Made by a program: the position numbers and the translations under genes. The notes under the pieces are model-generated. The model did no database searches. It was not told the DNA's origin and saw only the letters and a list, made by a program, of their open reading frames with translations. DNA of 64,000 nt from NCBI GenBank assembly GCA_002269645.1, contig NIVC01003279.1, forward strand, positions 1 through 64,000, in the 5' to 3' direction. Positions 1 through 12,937 of this stretch are shown piece after piece (the first letter of the stretch is position 1; the number at the start of each line of letters is the position of its first letter). The DNA is from Macrostomum lignano. Lineage: Eukaryota.

Positions 1-39
1 ACAAGTTTCTGTAATCTGGTATATGAGCTATCATTGACA

Positions 40-170
40 CCAGAGTCTCACAAAGAGCTATGTAAATTGTCCATGCTCCTCATAGATTTCTAAAAAGCTT
101 TGGATCCCATAAACTAGGTTGCCTGGCTCTTTTAGAAGCATGGTGGGGTATGCCTAATAAGGCAAAATGC
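40..170 (+). pseudogene. Highly decayed LINE reverse-transcriptase relic
   Basis: Translates as LSMLLIDF*KALDPIN*VAW, then LLEAWWGMPNK after a frameshift. This resembles the non-LTR RT motif xDFxKAFDSxxR...L.xxGxPxK. Both stops are explicable by C>T/G>A changes. Confidence 0.35.
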
Positions 171-1753
171 ACTGTGGGCAAATCTTGGTAGGAATTTTGT
201 CTATGGGCAAGAATATGCAGACCAAAACTACATCTTTACTATCTCAGCATCCATAGAAATAAATGCCTTATAGAAACCATGACAAAACTAAAATGTAAAT
301 GCATACCAAAATAATTTACACAAGACATGTATAGATTATATGGTAGATTGTGTCTAAGTGCCCAAATTTTACTAAAGTTAGGAAAAAAACATCTTAGACA
401 AGAAAGACTAGATGCAGACCAATTTTACAAATTTGGCCATTAATATTATACTAACAAAGTTAAAACCAAAAAGAACCAAATTGGCAGCAGACAAATTGAC
501 TTGGAACTAGAGGTTAGACAAGCATGAAATATTTAGTTGGAAGTGAAATTTCTGAATTTTGCATCTAGGCATGATGTTGATTGTGACTGTGATATCATTT
601 AGTATACTTTTTATTATTGTTTGAGTCATTAACTACAACTACTAAGCCTAAGGTATCTAAAACAAGTAATGGCAATTATATTGTTAATGAAACTTGAATG
701 TATAAAATCAATAACAAAACTTATAAAATGAGTTAAAAAGATAAAAAAGCAAGTAAATAAATCACTATCTCATAAACCTGCTAAAGCAAACCACAATTGT
801 AAAAAATGGTCATGAATTCACAAAATTGTGATCACAACTGCAATCATGTCTAACCTCTACTATGAACTAAACATAATAAGTGCTTTTGGTCTCTATTGGA
901 AAAAGTCTAAAAAATAGATACAATACTCTGTTGAGCATGAAAGTATGCAGGAAAATTTTGATTCTAGATGCAGGTATCATACTAATATTTAAAAATGTTT
1001 TTTCATAGTTAGCTAAACATTATTTTGATTATTTGATATTCTTTGACTAATTGACTTAAGGCTAAATAGTATAATTGAGCTTTTATGCAACTTAAACTTA
1101 AGAAACTTAGAAACACTAAACTTGGAATTGAAGATTTAAAACATGTTTAAGTATATAGACACCCGGACGAATTGATTTTCTCATCTGTGTAATATGATTT
1201 ATATAAACTATCCATAATGGATCCTAATCAATCTATCTACTTACCAATTCAGCTACAGGCAAATGAAATGACCAATGGACAAAATAATAATAGGCAATTT
1301 GTCTAGATCATACTCTATGTATATATATACACTATTAATCACATGGTATGTAATAATAAAATTTTTTCTCCTTTATTGGCTATATAACTATACTTAATTG
1401 TATAGATATATAGTTTGTTTTCCAAATAAAACAAAAAGATTACTATTTTTGATATAATAATGACAAATAGGCCATATTTTAAAATACATATATTCTGAAT
1501 TATTGAATTTTATTGCTTTTAAATAATGCATAGTTTATTTCTAATCTTTTTCATATGCATGTAAATGCTAAACACAATGCCTATGTTGTATGTAAAGATA
1601 TATGCTTGTACTAATTAAAATACTAATTGTCTACCATAGTCCAGAAGGTAGCCTTTATGCCAAAAAATTCAATATATTTTTGCCCTTGTTGAGAATCTTG
1701 GTGAACATTTAGCATATAGAATTTTCAGGTTCAACACTAGTATATACAGTTGA

Positions 1754-2039
1754 CATACATGCGCAACAGTCGGCTGATCCGGCCGACCGATTTGGCGGCC
1801 AACCAAGGAAGTTGCAAAAATGCCCACCCAAAAAACCCAATAGTAGTACTAAGTAGCTGACGAGGCATTTTGACTTAATAAGACAGTTATAGTTACTCCT
1901 GCCGTTTACCCAAAGTTGCGTTAATTTTGCTTTAGGGTTTTTTTCACATGTAAGTCGCATTTTTGGCCAAAAACTACGTCGCATTTTTGTTAAAACTTAG
2001 TCGCACGGCCGACCGAATTTTGGAGGTTGCGCATGTATG
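1754..2039. mobile_element. 286-bp MITE (hAT- or P-like)
   Basis: 14-bp TIR CATACATGCGCAAC / GTTGCGCATGTATG; perfect 8-bp TSD ACAGTTGA at 1746-1753 and 2040-2047; CpG-rich within a CpG-poor region. Confidence 0.85.
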
Positions 2040-3180
2040 ACAGTTGACATACAAAAAACCAAAGTTTAAGCTTAGCATATATTGTGTAATTAAATATCAA
2101 TTAGAGAAAGCTCTTTTAAAAATAAATGGAAGCAAATATTAATAGTTTCTAGTTAAAAACAAATGCTTTAAAGTTTAGTTAAACTATTTTTTGTTGAAAT
2201 GGTTCAGATATACTAAAAATGAAAACTTCCATATACTAAAAATGGTCTGTCAGTAGGTAGGTAGGTAGGTATGTGTGTGATCGATTTTAGCAAAAATGAC
2301 TCAACCAATTTTTTTTAAACTTGCACTGTTCAATCAGAAATTTTTCCGTGACAGTACATGCAATGTGACTAAGAAATTGCTTGATGCTAAAGGGATTAAA
2401 TATTCAAAAAACATGCTATTTGCAAATATTTTTCTAAAAAAGTTTGTGTATAAGCAACTTTACCTTTTGTATAATTTTTTATTTATATTGGCATATAATC
2501 AAAAAACTAGTTTTCTTTCTAGCAAATACCTACCATGATCTAGACTATAGATTGCTAGTGCAATTAGGAAAAGTTGTTTAATGTTGTCTCGTATATTTTA
2601 TACTGTCTATAAACATAGACAAAAAGGTAGCATATAAACAAAATGCTCATTAAACTATTTTATAGACAAACTAGAAGCAGCTGAATTGGATGCAGGCAAA
2701 TTGACTAAGGCTTAGACACTTTTACAACTATATCTAGCTAATTTTGCAGCTATAATTACAAAGGTGTCCTATATGCCAGAATTTTCTGGCATGCATTAGC
2801 CCTTCATAGTTCATTAATATGCATATTTAGTATGTTTGAATCTTAAAAAGTTGTATTTGGTATACAAAAAGTGGTTTACAAAGCTATTTGAAAATAGGTA
2901 CTTGTACTTGTTAAGTAGCTTTAGTTTCTATAACAAAAGGTAGTGCTTAATTAAAAGGTGACTTTGATAGTGTGAGTCTGAGTAATATATATAGAATAAT
3001 GGAAAGTGATAGTGCTATTCTAAAGAATTTAGGTACTGTACCTTCATGATTATATGTTGTTATAAAGGAGTAATAGACATGCCACCTATTTTGTTAAAAT
3101 GTACATATAAATGTCAAATGTAACAATGGAAAAAGATCCTTAATGGTTGGGCTTCTAGTCAATATAGGGACAAGACAATC

Positions 3181-3775
3181 TAGCAATAGACAATCTGGTA
3201 ATAGTCAAAGCAGCAATAGACAATCTGGCAACAGATTTTGTATTGTAGATTTTATATGGATTTTAAATACAAACAAAACTTTTTACATGTAGGTTTGAAT
3301 TTTACATATAGAGAATTCATTTTAGTAGGATAGTATTGGATCTTTTCAAATGAAAATTAATCATTTATGGCTATTTTTATTTCTGATATAATTTAGGGTA
3401 TTATGTCAAATGTTAAATAGTGTGTTGTGAATTTTTTACATGCATGATGGTTGTGTTGGAACTTCCCAGTTGACATCTCTATTAAGCTATGAAGTGGAAA
3501 ATAACTGCTAGGTGGTTTGGCATTTAATTATAAAACTAGTGTGCATCTCTTACTGAAAATAAATAATGTATTAATTTAATACAGTTTCCCTTTTTTTAAA
3601 GTAATGTCATCATTAAGAAAACAAGCTATTGAAACCCATGGATTTTGAGTCTGCTAATTGTATAATTATAATATTACATATGAAAGCTCTCAAATCTATT
3701 TAAATGTCAAATAGCCTATTTAATAGGTTTATACCTTGTTGCTGGATTGACTATTGCCAGATTGTCTATTGCTAA
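3181..3775. repeat. Decayed inverted repeat (about 38-bp arms), possible old MITE
   Basis: tagcaatagacaatctggtaatagtcaaagcagcaa at 3181 matches the reverse complement of about 3738-3773 with few mismatches; no TSD found. Confidence 0.35.
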
Positions 3776-5142
3776 ATTGGCTATTTAAAAATTGTTATAA
3801 TATAAAAAAGGTCTTTTATTACTGCAGCCTAAAAGTAAGGTTGAATAATTTTGAAATTTTGGCATTTTTGACAAGGTCACATTTTCATTTTTTGGTATAT
3901 TTGGTCCTCACCTAGCTAAAATTTTGTCCAAAAAGCTCTGGCATGTACTAGATACCTTTTTGACAATAGTGTGGTAATATACCAAGGTCTAGATCATGTA
4001 GTAATATATGCTGGAACAAGAATTTTATCTTTGCTAAATGTATGCCACTGTAGGCCGAAAACAAAAAATCCCTAAAATGCTAAAAAATTTTCTAAAAAGG
4101 CCATTCATTTTTCAGAAGTTGAGTTTTCTAAGAAAGGTTTTTGAACAAAAAGTCTTTAAAGTATTACAAATATTTTCATTTTAAACAAACTTAAATTATA
4201 TGGCGCATGACCAAGATAGCTATATACTAAAATGGTCATAGCTCTAAGTGTCTAAATAGATAATAATAGATACTAGGCTAGCCTAGGTCTATATATTTCA
4301 CTTATTTCCTATTGGTAATAATTAGAGAAATAGATGTTAAAAGATGCTATATTGGAATTGTATTATATTATAATCATTCCTTTGGCTTTAGCTTTTATTA
4401 TAGCTTGACCTATAGATATTTATTTACTATATCAATCAAGTAGCCTAACACAAAATAAATACCTTGCCTTGTTGCATATTTATCTTAATTTTTGCATAGC
4501 ATTACTAGTAGCAATGGTTTTTTTAATAAACAGATAGTGATAGATTTGATAGATGTAATGATTGTGAATAAATTGGCATAAACATTGAAAAAGATTAAAG
4601 TTTTGTATTATAGGTAATTAGTTTCAAATCTATTATTGCATCAGTATTTATAAATATAATTGATTAAACATAAGTAATAACAATTAACTGTACATGGTAA
4701 AGTCATCAAATTGCACAAATGCAATGTCAGTTAGTATTAGTAATTGGAATTAGTAGTTAGATTAGATATATAAGAATGAAGTTCAATTCTAAGTTCACTT
4801 CAATTCAGATACTAGATAGATATAGTATAAGCCCAAGATAGATTGAATCTTGCTAGTAAACTAATGTACAATACTAATATGATTACTAATTAGATGATAA
4901 GGATTTTTGTCAATGAAAGGTGTCATAGTTACTCCCACCATTTACTTTTCACTTTTTTTACATTTGGAAACACATTTGGATTTGGTTTTAAAAACTTGCA
5001 AAAATCTACATTCAGTTCATCACTATTTAAAATGGTTGTTTCTAAAATGAGTATTCTTTTATTTGATTTGATTTAGTTATAAAAACCATTAATAATTACC
5101 ATAGCTCATAAAATCATAATTAACTCATTATAATATACTTAC

Positions 5143-5321
5143 TTTCCAACAAAGTTTTCCAAAACACTGCTTTTTCCAGCACTTTGACTTCCAACAACAG
5201 CTATTTGTGGCAAATCAAATTTGTGGGCAGTTCCAGATGAAGAACAAGCATCTTGCAGCTTATTCATTATCAAAATAAGCTGTTCCATTCCAGAGTTACC
5301 AGCCTGTCCCTGTCCAGCCAT
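5143..5321 (-). CDS. DNM: Dynamin, first coding exon (GTPase N-terminus); the remaining exons lie beyond the left edge of the window
   Basis: [25 protein letters not shown]...[25 protein letters not shown] contains the dynamin P-loop. It ends at a phase-2 gtaagt donor (5142) at the conserved dynamin intron position after FVG(K/R). Confidence 0.85.
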
Positions 5322-6359
5322 TTTCAAGTTAATTTAATTTGTCTCTAAATAATGTGACAAACTAATAAATAGGGCCTACGCCTATGTAATGATTAGAGTC
5401 AGGCCTACAAATTCAAAGGAAACTGACTTAAATTAATAGTTTTCTGACAGTACACAATCAAGACAGTAAGTAGTCTCTACTGTCTAGGCTAAGCCAGCAC
5501 AGACAGCACGGAGAAAATTTTATTAATAACTGATTAATTCAAGTCAAAAAGGTTAACTGAATATTTGCCAATAGCCTAAAAATGGCCGAAATACAGGGTA
5601 AATAACAAAAAGCAAATCTAACGATTTTCTAAATCAATGCGACCAATGTGTATACAGCCAGTAAATGACCAGTATAAGTATAATATTCCTATCGATATAG
5701 GCTTAAATTGTAGAGTGAACTTAGCGAAAATTCCAGGATAGGCCAGTCGCCAGTGACTCATCAAAAGTGTGCTTTTATCCCAAGAAATATACCACAATGA
5801 GTGTTATTATTGTCAATATTCTATATTTTCTGCTTGGTTTCATATACTATCTTAATATATGTTTAATAAAATACGAATTTATTCCAGAAACAGTACTCTA
5901 GATAGCACTTTTTGTTAAGACACACATAACGCGGAAAATTTTACAGCTGCAAAAAATAGTTATTTGCTTAATTTATTCTAACCTACGAGTGAAAACTCCA
6001 TGAGCTTCCTGACTGACACTGCACACAAAGAGATAGACTAGTATAAAAGAAAACTATTGAAAATTATTCAGACCTAAATAGAAAAAAAATGTATGTCTTC
6101 TACCTCTATCTAGGCTTTCACTTCATTGGAGTATTTATTGGTATCTACGCGGCGTGGCCAATGGAGTACTGTCACTACACTGAAACGTTCCGGACTCACT
6201 TGAACATGACCTTCCCCTCTCATCTGTTCTGCGAACGCGTCCGTGCTATAGAGCGAAGTAGTTTTTGCTTTTTTGTTCCTTTTGTTCTACATTGTAAATT
6301 GTCCCTTTTTATATCAGCATCAATGAATGCTGATTTGCACAATGCATGTACAATATATT

Positions 6360-8193
6360 TGATGAGAACGCAATTTTTTCCAAATCTCACGCACTTGGGT
6401 TTTAAACTTGTTAGTCTACTGATAGCAGGCTATGGGCATTTTCTTTCTTTTCTGTAATTTTCCTAGAATTCATAGTATAGGATTTTTGTAGCTATATGAT
6501 TTTGTCACACTTATATTGTAGTCATTATAACATAGGCGCGGTTTTTGCTATTTTTGGGGTCATAAATCATAGCTCGTAGGTGTTTCTGACAGCCAACTGC
6601 GCCTCACTCAACGAAGCTGGCGCCAGTTGGTCTGAGAGGATGCGGGCGGTTCGCTTTTTTCTCATCATTTTCGACAGGCCATCAGATTTATGAGGCCAGG
6701 GCCTTTTGTTCTTGTTCACTCAGGCGTTTGACAGCTCTGACAGCTTATATGCGTCTTACCCCTAGAAGTACTTTGGGATTAGAAATTATCGATTTCTCTT
6801 CACCATCTTCCCTTTCTACTTAATGAGACCTTTCTAGTGCATATTTGTTCATTGATTTTTGTAATTCTTACGCGAAAATCCATACATCATAATGTAGTTA
6901 TTTTGAGTGATTTCTAATGACATCTAGCGTATTCTTATGGCCCCAAGGGAACTGATAGGATCTTTGAGTCACGTGAGTTTGGGTAACAAATCGGCTCAGC
7001 CAATCAGCGTCGAGGTGTTCCATTTTAACAAACTACGGTCCAGTTAGCGGCTATTTAAGCCAATGTTTTGGCCCGCTCGGACTCAAACTGTTCTGCACCT
7101 TCTGGCTCCCGGGGCACGACCTACTCCGGACTCACGGCCGTCGTCTCTTGATCTCCGGATTGCGACATCCCCCTCATCATCAAGGACGTCTCCCCCGGTC
7201 GACTGCTGAGTTCTGATTGGTTGGGTGAGAGGCTACCTTGACTTGCTTGATTGGGTGATTCCCTATCTGTCCCCTATTTCAGTAGCCGGATTAGGCGCAC
7301 GCTTTTGCTCATTTTATTCAGTATTGCTGTTATTGAGGCGGAAATCATTTAATAATATTGTTAGTAGTCTATTTACTCCGATTCAATCTGAAGTGTTAAG
7401 TGATTCAGCGAGAAGGTTAAATCTGACAGTTATTTTTATCGGTTTTATTTCTTTTTCGCTGATGGTTAAAATGAATAGCTAAGCTAGTAGGCGCCGGTCA
7501 CAGTGGACCAATGGCAAGGCAGTTCTCAGTCGATCAATCTATCAAATCAGTTAGCGAAATTGCCAATAGTGCAAAATCGGCGCTAGAAATGTACTTCCGG
7601 GCACTCTAGATTCGCCAAGCGGCTCGGGTAATCATGCGATCTCTAAAGTTCGAGTTAGTCTATCATCAGCGCTACGAGAGGCTGGTTAGCACGTTGAAGT
7701 TCAGAAGTACAATCTCTCGAATTTAGCAATGTAATAGTACATGTAGCTACCCCATAGACTCGCCACTGCAAGAATCCTCTGCACAAGTCCCCTCTGTACC
7801 TGCATGGCCAATGCGATCTAGTCCCAGCAATGTCCCTTATCATCGGCTATGACTTCGAGATTGACAGCAAAAAGACACTAGTTGGCAGGTAAGTGCAAAG
7901 CCCCTTCTAGTCGGAAGCCCGATTTCGAAAGTTCCGGTTTGGTGAGCCGGAACGCACGGGCTGGTGGCAGCGAGTTAGCTAACCTGCGGGTTAACTAATT
8001 TCTACCTTCAAAATTCTCCCTGCTTGTCTCTCGCTGTCCCTCTCTTAGCTATATGACCTAGACTGCTCGCCACACGATCAAGCTACAATGGGGCTGACCA
8101 TCTGACAGGAATGGGGGCCAGGACTCTAATTGATTTATTTCTGAGACCTGAGACCCGGAGGCGTTTTAACGCTGAAAAGGCCGAAACCCATCA
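6360..8193 (+). mobile_element. Solo LTR (about 1.83 kb, Ty3/Gypsy-like), copy A
   Basis: Termini TGATG...CATCA. Homologous along its length to the inverted copy at 19208-21199, with homology stopping at both termini. CCAAT (about 7000) and TATTTAA (about 7052) promoter-like motifs; no ORF. TSD imperfect (tatt/ttta). Confidence 0.8.
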
Positions 8194-8199
8194 TTTATG

Positions 8200-8290
8200 T
8201 ATTATCTCTCAATATACTAAAACTGACGCGATGTTTGTCTGTCTGTCTGTATGTTGCAAGTGAACTCCTACAATTCTGCCAAGTCAGCGT
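8200..8290 (+). mobile_element. Possible non-autonomous Helitron/HINE-like 5' end
   Basis: atctctcaatatactaaaa...gtttgtctgtctgtctgtatg resembles 5' ends of non-autonomous Helitrons; a similar atatactaaaa...gtctgtc motif lies at about 2228-2280; no clear 3' end. Confidence 0.3.
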
Positions 8291-8320
8291 CGAAACTTAT
8301 ATGGGAAAACTGCAAATTTT

Positions 8321-8977
8321 AGAGATGAGAGAGTAAAGGGAAGAGGAGGAGAGAGAAAAGAGATGAGATTGTAGAGATGAGACAAATGAAAGAAGAGATG
8401 AGAGAGTAAAGATGAGAGATTAAAAAGGTGAGAGGAGAGTGCAGAGAGACGAGAGAAGATACTAGAGGAGAGAGAGTACAGAAGAGGGAAGAGAAAAGAA
8501 GAGAGGAGTAAGGAAAGAGAGGAGAGTAAAGATGACAGAAGAGCGAGGGGGTGAGAGAGCAAAGATGAGAGTGAACAGACGAAGGAGAGATGAGAAGTGA
8601 GATAAGAGAGATAAAGGAGGAGAGAGTGGAGAGAGAAGAGAGAAGACAAGAGAGGGAGACAGTATAGAAGAGGGAAGAGAAGAGAAGAGAAGAGGAGAAA
8701 GGAGAAAGGAAAGAAAGGAGTCAGAAGAGGTGAAAGAGAAGAGTACAGAGGAGATAAGTGAGAGATCGTATAAGAGAGTAAAGATGACAGATGAGAGAGC
8801 AGAGATGAGGGTGAACAGACGAGAGATGGGAGAGTAGAGAGAACAGAGAAGAGATAAGAGAGAAGAGATTACAGAGACTAGAGGAGAGAGGAGAGACAGG
8901 GAGAGAGAAGTGAGTGAGGAGAGAGAAGAGGAAAGAGGAGAATGAAGAGGGGAGAGAGTAGAGAGGAGAGGAGAGAT

Positions 8978-9046
<69 letters not shown>

Positions 9047-9235
9047 AGAGCAGAGAGAAACGAGAAGAGATAAGAGAGAAAAGATAAAAGAAGAGAAAGG
9101 TGAGATGAGAGAGCAGACGAGAGAGAAGAGAGGTGAGGGAAGAGACGAGAGACGAGGGGAGAGAGGAGAGGAGAAAGAGAAGAAAGGAGAGACGAGGGAC
9201 GAGAGAGAAGAGAGGAAACAGAAGAGAAAATACAA
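8321..9235. repeat. About 0.9-kb polypurine (GA-rich) low-complexity tract with a perfect (GA)n core at about 8981-9044
   Basis: Almost exclusively A/G on the + strand; accounts for the spurious S/L-rich minus-strand ORFs. Confidence 0.95.
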
Positions 9236-10570
9236 GTTGCAATCGATCCAAGGTACGTAGGGAGAGTCAGAGGCAGAGGCCAGAGTCTGCCAATACAGTA
9301 CATGTTTTAGAGTCAGACAGACATTGCCCGACATTCTGCGCAGCACGTACCCCAGCCAACAATATCAAATGTTTGCCTCAAATCCTAATTTTACACGAAT
9401 GTACTCCATTTTAATGTTTACTCTATCCTACTAACTATTAACAAGTTTTTGTTTGAGTATGGCCTCAGATCTCAGAGCACATGCACAAATATTTCCGGGA
9501 ATCGGAATTCCCCGGGTTCAAAATCCACGGGTTTCAACAGCTTGTTGGAGGTATAAATGACATGAGAGTTAAGGAACGTTCGTATGACGGATGCATGTTC
9601 AATTTAAGGTACAAGGGTCATTATTGTCTTTTTAAATTGCACTGCACTAACGTCCAATATAATTGTTGACCTTTAAATGTACATGAACTTTACATGTTAC
9701 ATTTACATACGCATGTAAATTGAGACGCATTAACCACAATGAACGACGGCAAAGCCAAGTTGCTTGTGTATCACGGTTTTAGATTTCGTTCCAGAGTACA
9801 AGGATCAACACATATCTAACAGGATCGAGCATCGGCCATGCCAAAAACAGAAAAAATTGGCCCACGGTAACACAGAAAGCAGAAAGCGAGGACCCGGTAT
9901 ATGTATTCTGAAAATCAACAACTTGGATCCGACTGCTGCCCACATGATTAAATGCACCGTTGCTGAATTTTACACCGGGAAGTGCTTGGCTCTCGGTTTT
10001 TGATGATCAGTCTTCCCGACTACTTCCAGAGAGTTCGGCAGCATGCGGTCCAAGGGAGCGAACCACCAGTACAGTTTGTGTGGACTGCGCTTCGTCACGC
10101 ATCACGAAAACTTACCTCACGAAGAAGCGAGAAAGAAAAGCTGAGGAGCAGAAGGTCGTGCAGGTGTGGTGCAGTGAGCACAGAACTCAGCCTGGAACTA
10201 TAGCTGCATGGCATCCAAGCAACTGGCACCGGAACTTCAAGACTTATGCATCAAGGACAAGCTTACCTGTTCTGTAACGGACACGACTAGGCAACGGCCG
10301 TTACCCCAGGTGCACTCCAATGCCAGGTTCTTTCTAAGGCGGTCCCATGACGGAGATTTAGAAAAGTAAAATGTGACCGAAAAATTCACACTGACAGTAG
10401 CACGTGCCAGAATTTACGATTATCTATCTGCGATCTCAAGCGCCAAGAATTACCAGTAGTGATGTTTAATAAGAAATTATAAGACAACATTTCAATAGCA
10501 GAAGCAAGCTACTAAAATTGCGGTAGGCACGAGGAACTATCGCTGAGAAAGCATTCGGTATTTGCTTGAG

Positions 10571-10624
10571 CCACAGATACTGCTTACAGATAGATAGATA
10601 CTACAATACAGATAGTATCTGTGG
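10571..10624. mobile_element. 54-bp mini-insertion with TIR and TSD
   Basis: TIR CCACAGATACT / AGTATCTGTGG flanked by direct repeat CTTGAG (10565-10570 and 10625-10630); interior has GATA repeats. Confidence 0.55.
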
Positions 10625-11354
10625 CTTGAGCAGAAAGCTATGATAGGTGTTTTAAGAACGTAAGAATATAGCCAGTATTAAAAGCTTAAAGCAATATAAT
10701 CGATAGCCAATCAAGTGAAATGATTATAATTTTTAGTCAAATGTAAAAATTGAACTATGAACAGTTAAGATTTAAAATTAGCCACGAAGCAACAATTTGT
10801 ATCGCAGATTAACTAGTCGCGAATTTGATGCAGGCAGCTGGCACAAAAAAGTTTTCCATCAACATCGTCAAAACATGCACTAGTGGTGAAGGTACCATTG
10901 TGCTAGCGTAAACAACGAGAGAAATGTTGCGCCAATTAATTATGATCGCTCCGCCAGCCCTGGCTCCAGGCAGATATTAGGTATTGTTATAAAATCGCAT
11001 TAGAGACTTTGCACAATTGGTCGTTGCAAAATTTGCTCAATTAACGGCAAAATCAGCGCATCTTGCCGTTGACAGCAGCGAGCTGCGCCTCAGAGCTATC
11101 TGGCAATGTCTGATAAACTGAGTGCAGACATTTGCTGTTACTGAGGTTAGGAACCACGTACCAGCTGTAGGTGGCTTTTGCAATTGTTTCCCTTAATTGC
11201 GCAAGGCAAGAAATATAATAAGCAACTAAACTCCCAACTGCATGACACATCCAGCTATTATCGACATTTTGACAATTCGACAAAAATTAGAAGAATATCG
11301 AAATTATTTGACATGTTAATTTCTAATTAGGTAACGTCCGCCTTTAAAATATGT

Positions 11355-12544
11355 TCAAACTTTCTTTGCAACTTGAGCCACAAAGTCGTTTCTGACCCAC
11401 AGTCCGTCCCACTCGTTGAATGTAGCGATGTTCTGCACTTGGAAGCTCATGGACAGCAGAGAGAAGTTCCTCGAGGTCATGAAGTGCGTCACAAACTCGT
11501 AATGTTTGGACAATTGCGGTCCGTTACTGAGTTTTTTCCGCCAGAACTCCATCTGCAGCGCCATGATGTTGAACTCTCTAAACAGCTTCTCGCCAGTCTT
11601 CATGAACAGGTGCTCACCGGACTCGATGTCCATCTTGATGACCACATTCTTGGTGCCGATGTGCGCTCGAAGCTCGTCCGCTTTGACAGTGGTCACGGGA
11701 ATCGTGTCCTCGATTGACTTCTTGACCTGCCGTTTCCAGTCAGCCAATCCGCCTGAGCCGCCTCCAACATTGCAATTCATGCCGTCAGCGTCCCAGCTGA
11801 TCCGCTTGACCGCCACGTCGTCACTGATGAAGCCCCAGAAGAGCCTCAGCTTGTCGTCAAGCAAGTTCAGCTGCTTCGCTGACATCTGCAGCCTGACCAG
11901 TGTGCGAATGTTTGCATCGATGGCCACCACGGGATACCCGAGCTCTCTGGCCTGCAGGCTGTAGATGCCAAGGTTGCTGCCGATATCGAGGAACGTCGCA
12001 GAGTTTTTCGGAAGCTTCTGTAACAGGTTGAGCATCGTCCGAATAGAGCTGCTTTCCCAGTCGTTGTGTTTTAGCATATGCGCGGAAATCATGTCCTCCT
12101 TGCCGAAGGTGAACATCGGCATTAGAGGGCCGCCCATTGCTCGGGTCACATTGGCCACAGGAGACCCTTGTCTGACAATGGTGTACATCTGCTGCGGTAA
12201 GTTCCTGTTCAGCTTGCACAGGGGAACTTGCCCCTGACTAACTGGTAGGCCGGCGTCTCCTGACACAGCCGGTGTCGCAGGCTGGGGTTCGTGAAGTCGA
12301 CGTTTCGAAGCTCGTTGTACGGAGGACAGTTCTTGATCATTTCGACATCGCTCAGCGTTGGCAGCGACTCTTCAGCGGTCAGGCCTTTGTTTCGAATGAG
12401 ATGTACTTTTGAAGCGGTCAAATTGTTGGGCCCGGAAGGGATACGACTCCGAGGTGATGCAGTTTGTTTCCGGGAATAGTGATTAGTAACAATGATTAGC
12501 GCCATTAAGGCACAGGCGAGAAGAAATATGCGTTTTGTTTCCAT
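11355..12544 (-). CDS. FkbM-family (Methyltransf_21) SAM-dependent methyltransferase with an N-terminal signal anchor; split across two frames near 12200-12240
   Basis: ORF 12209-12544 starts with a hydrophobic anchor (IFLLACALMALIIV). ORF 11355-12266 carries FLDIGSNLG, VVAIDAN, VIKMDIESGE and LQMEF motifs typical of FkbM. The frames join by one indel or by a 38-nt GT-AG intron. Confidence 0.8.
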
Positions 12545-12937
12545 TGCTGTCGTTTGGGCAGAATTTTCGCTTCAAATTTGTTTGAAGATCTTTTTCTCTT
12601 TTCCTCTACTGGGGTGATGTAGATGAACTTGTGAGCTAGTCAATATTAGAAAACATTTTGTTTTTTGTCTATGGCTGCAGCCAGAAGCCAACGACTTCGA
12701 GTCAGTTATAGTTAGTCTAAGTGTGTTGAAACGGGGTGAAATAAACTGGTTTGTCCAGCGCGTTGATATGTCCATCGCCACCCACCCCCGGGGTGGCGGG
12801 TGTTTTTAAACCTCGTCGCTCTCTCTCTCTCTCTGCGGCTCAATTTGCCTTCTCGAAGTGAATCTCGCCCGCTGCAATTGTCTATGGCCGACTTCAATGA
12901 ATAAAAAACTCCAACAGAAAGACAACATACATCAATA

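Noticed and set aside
1-5142. Further dynamin exons (DFLPRGSGIVTRRP)
   Set aside because: Not found on the minus strand within the window; presumed to lie beyond the left edge.
8284-9346. Ser/Leu-rich minus-strand ORFs
   Set aside because: Artefact of the GA tract lacking stop codons.
9700-10340. Short overlapping ORFs resembling a decayed coding region
   Set aside because: No recognisable motif in any frame; cannot be assigned without a database search.
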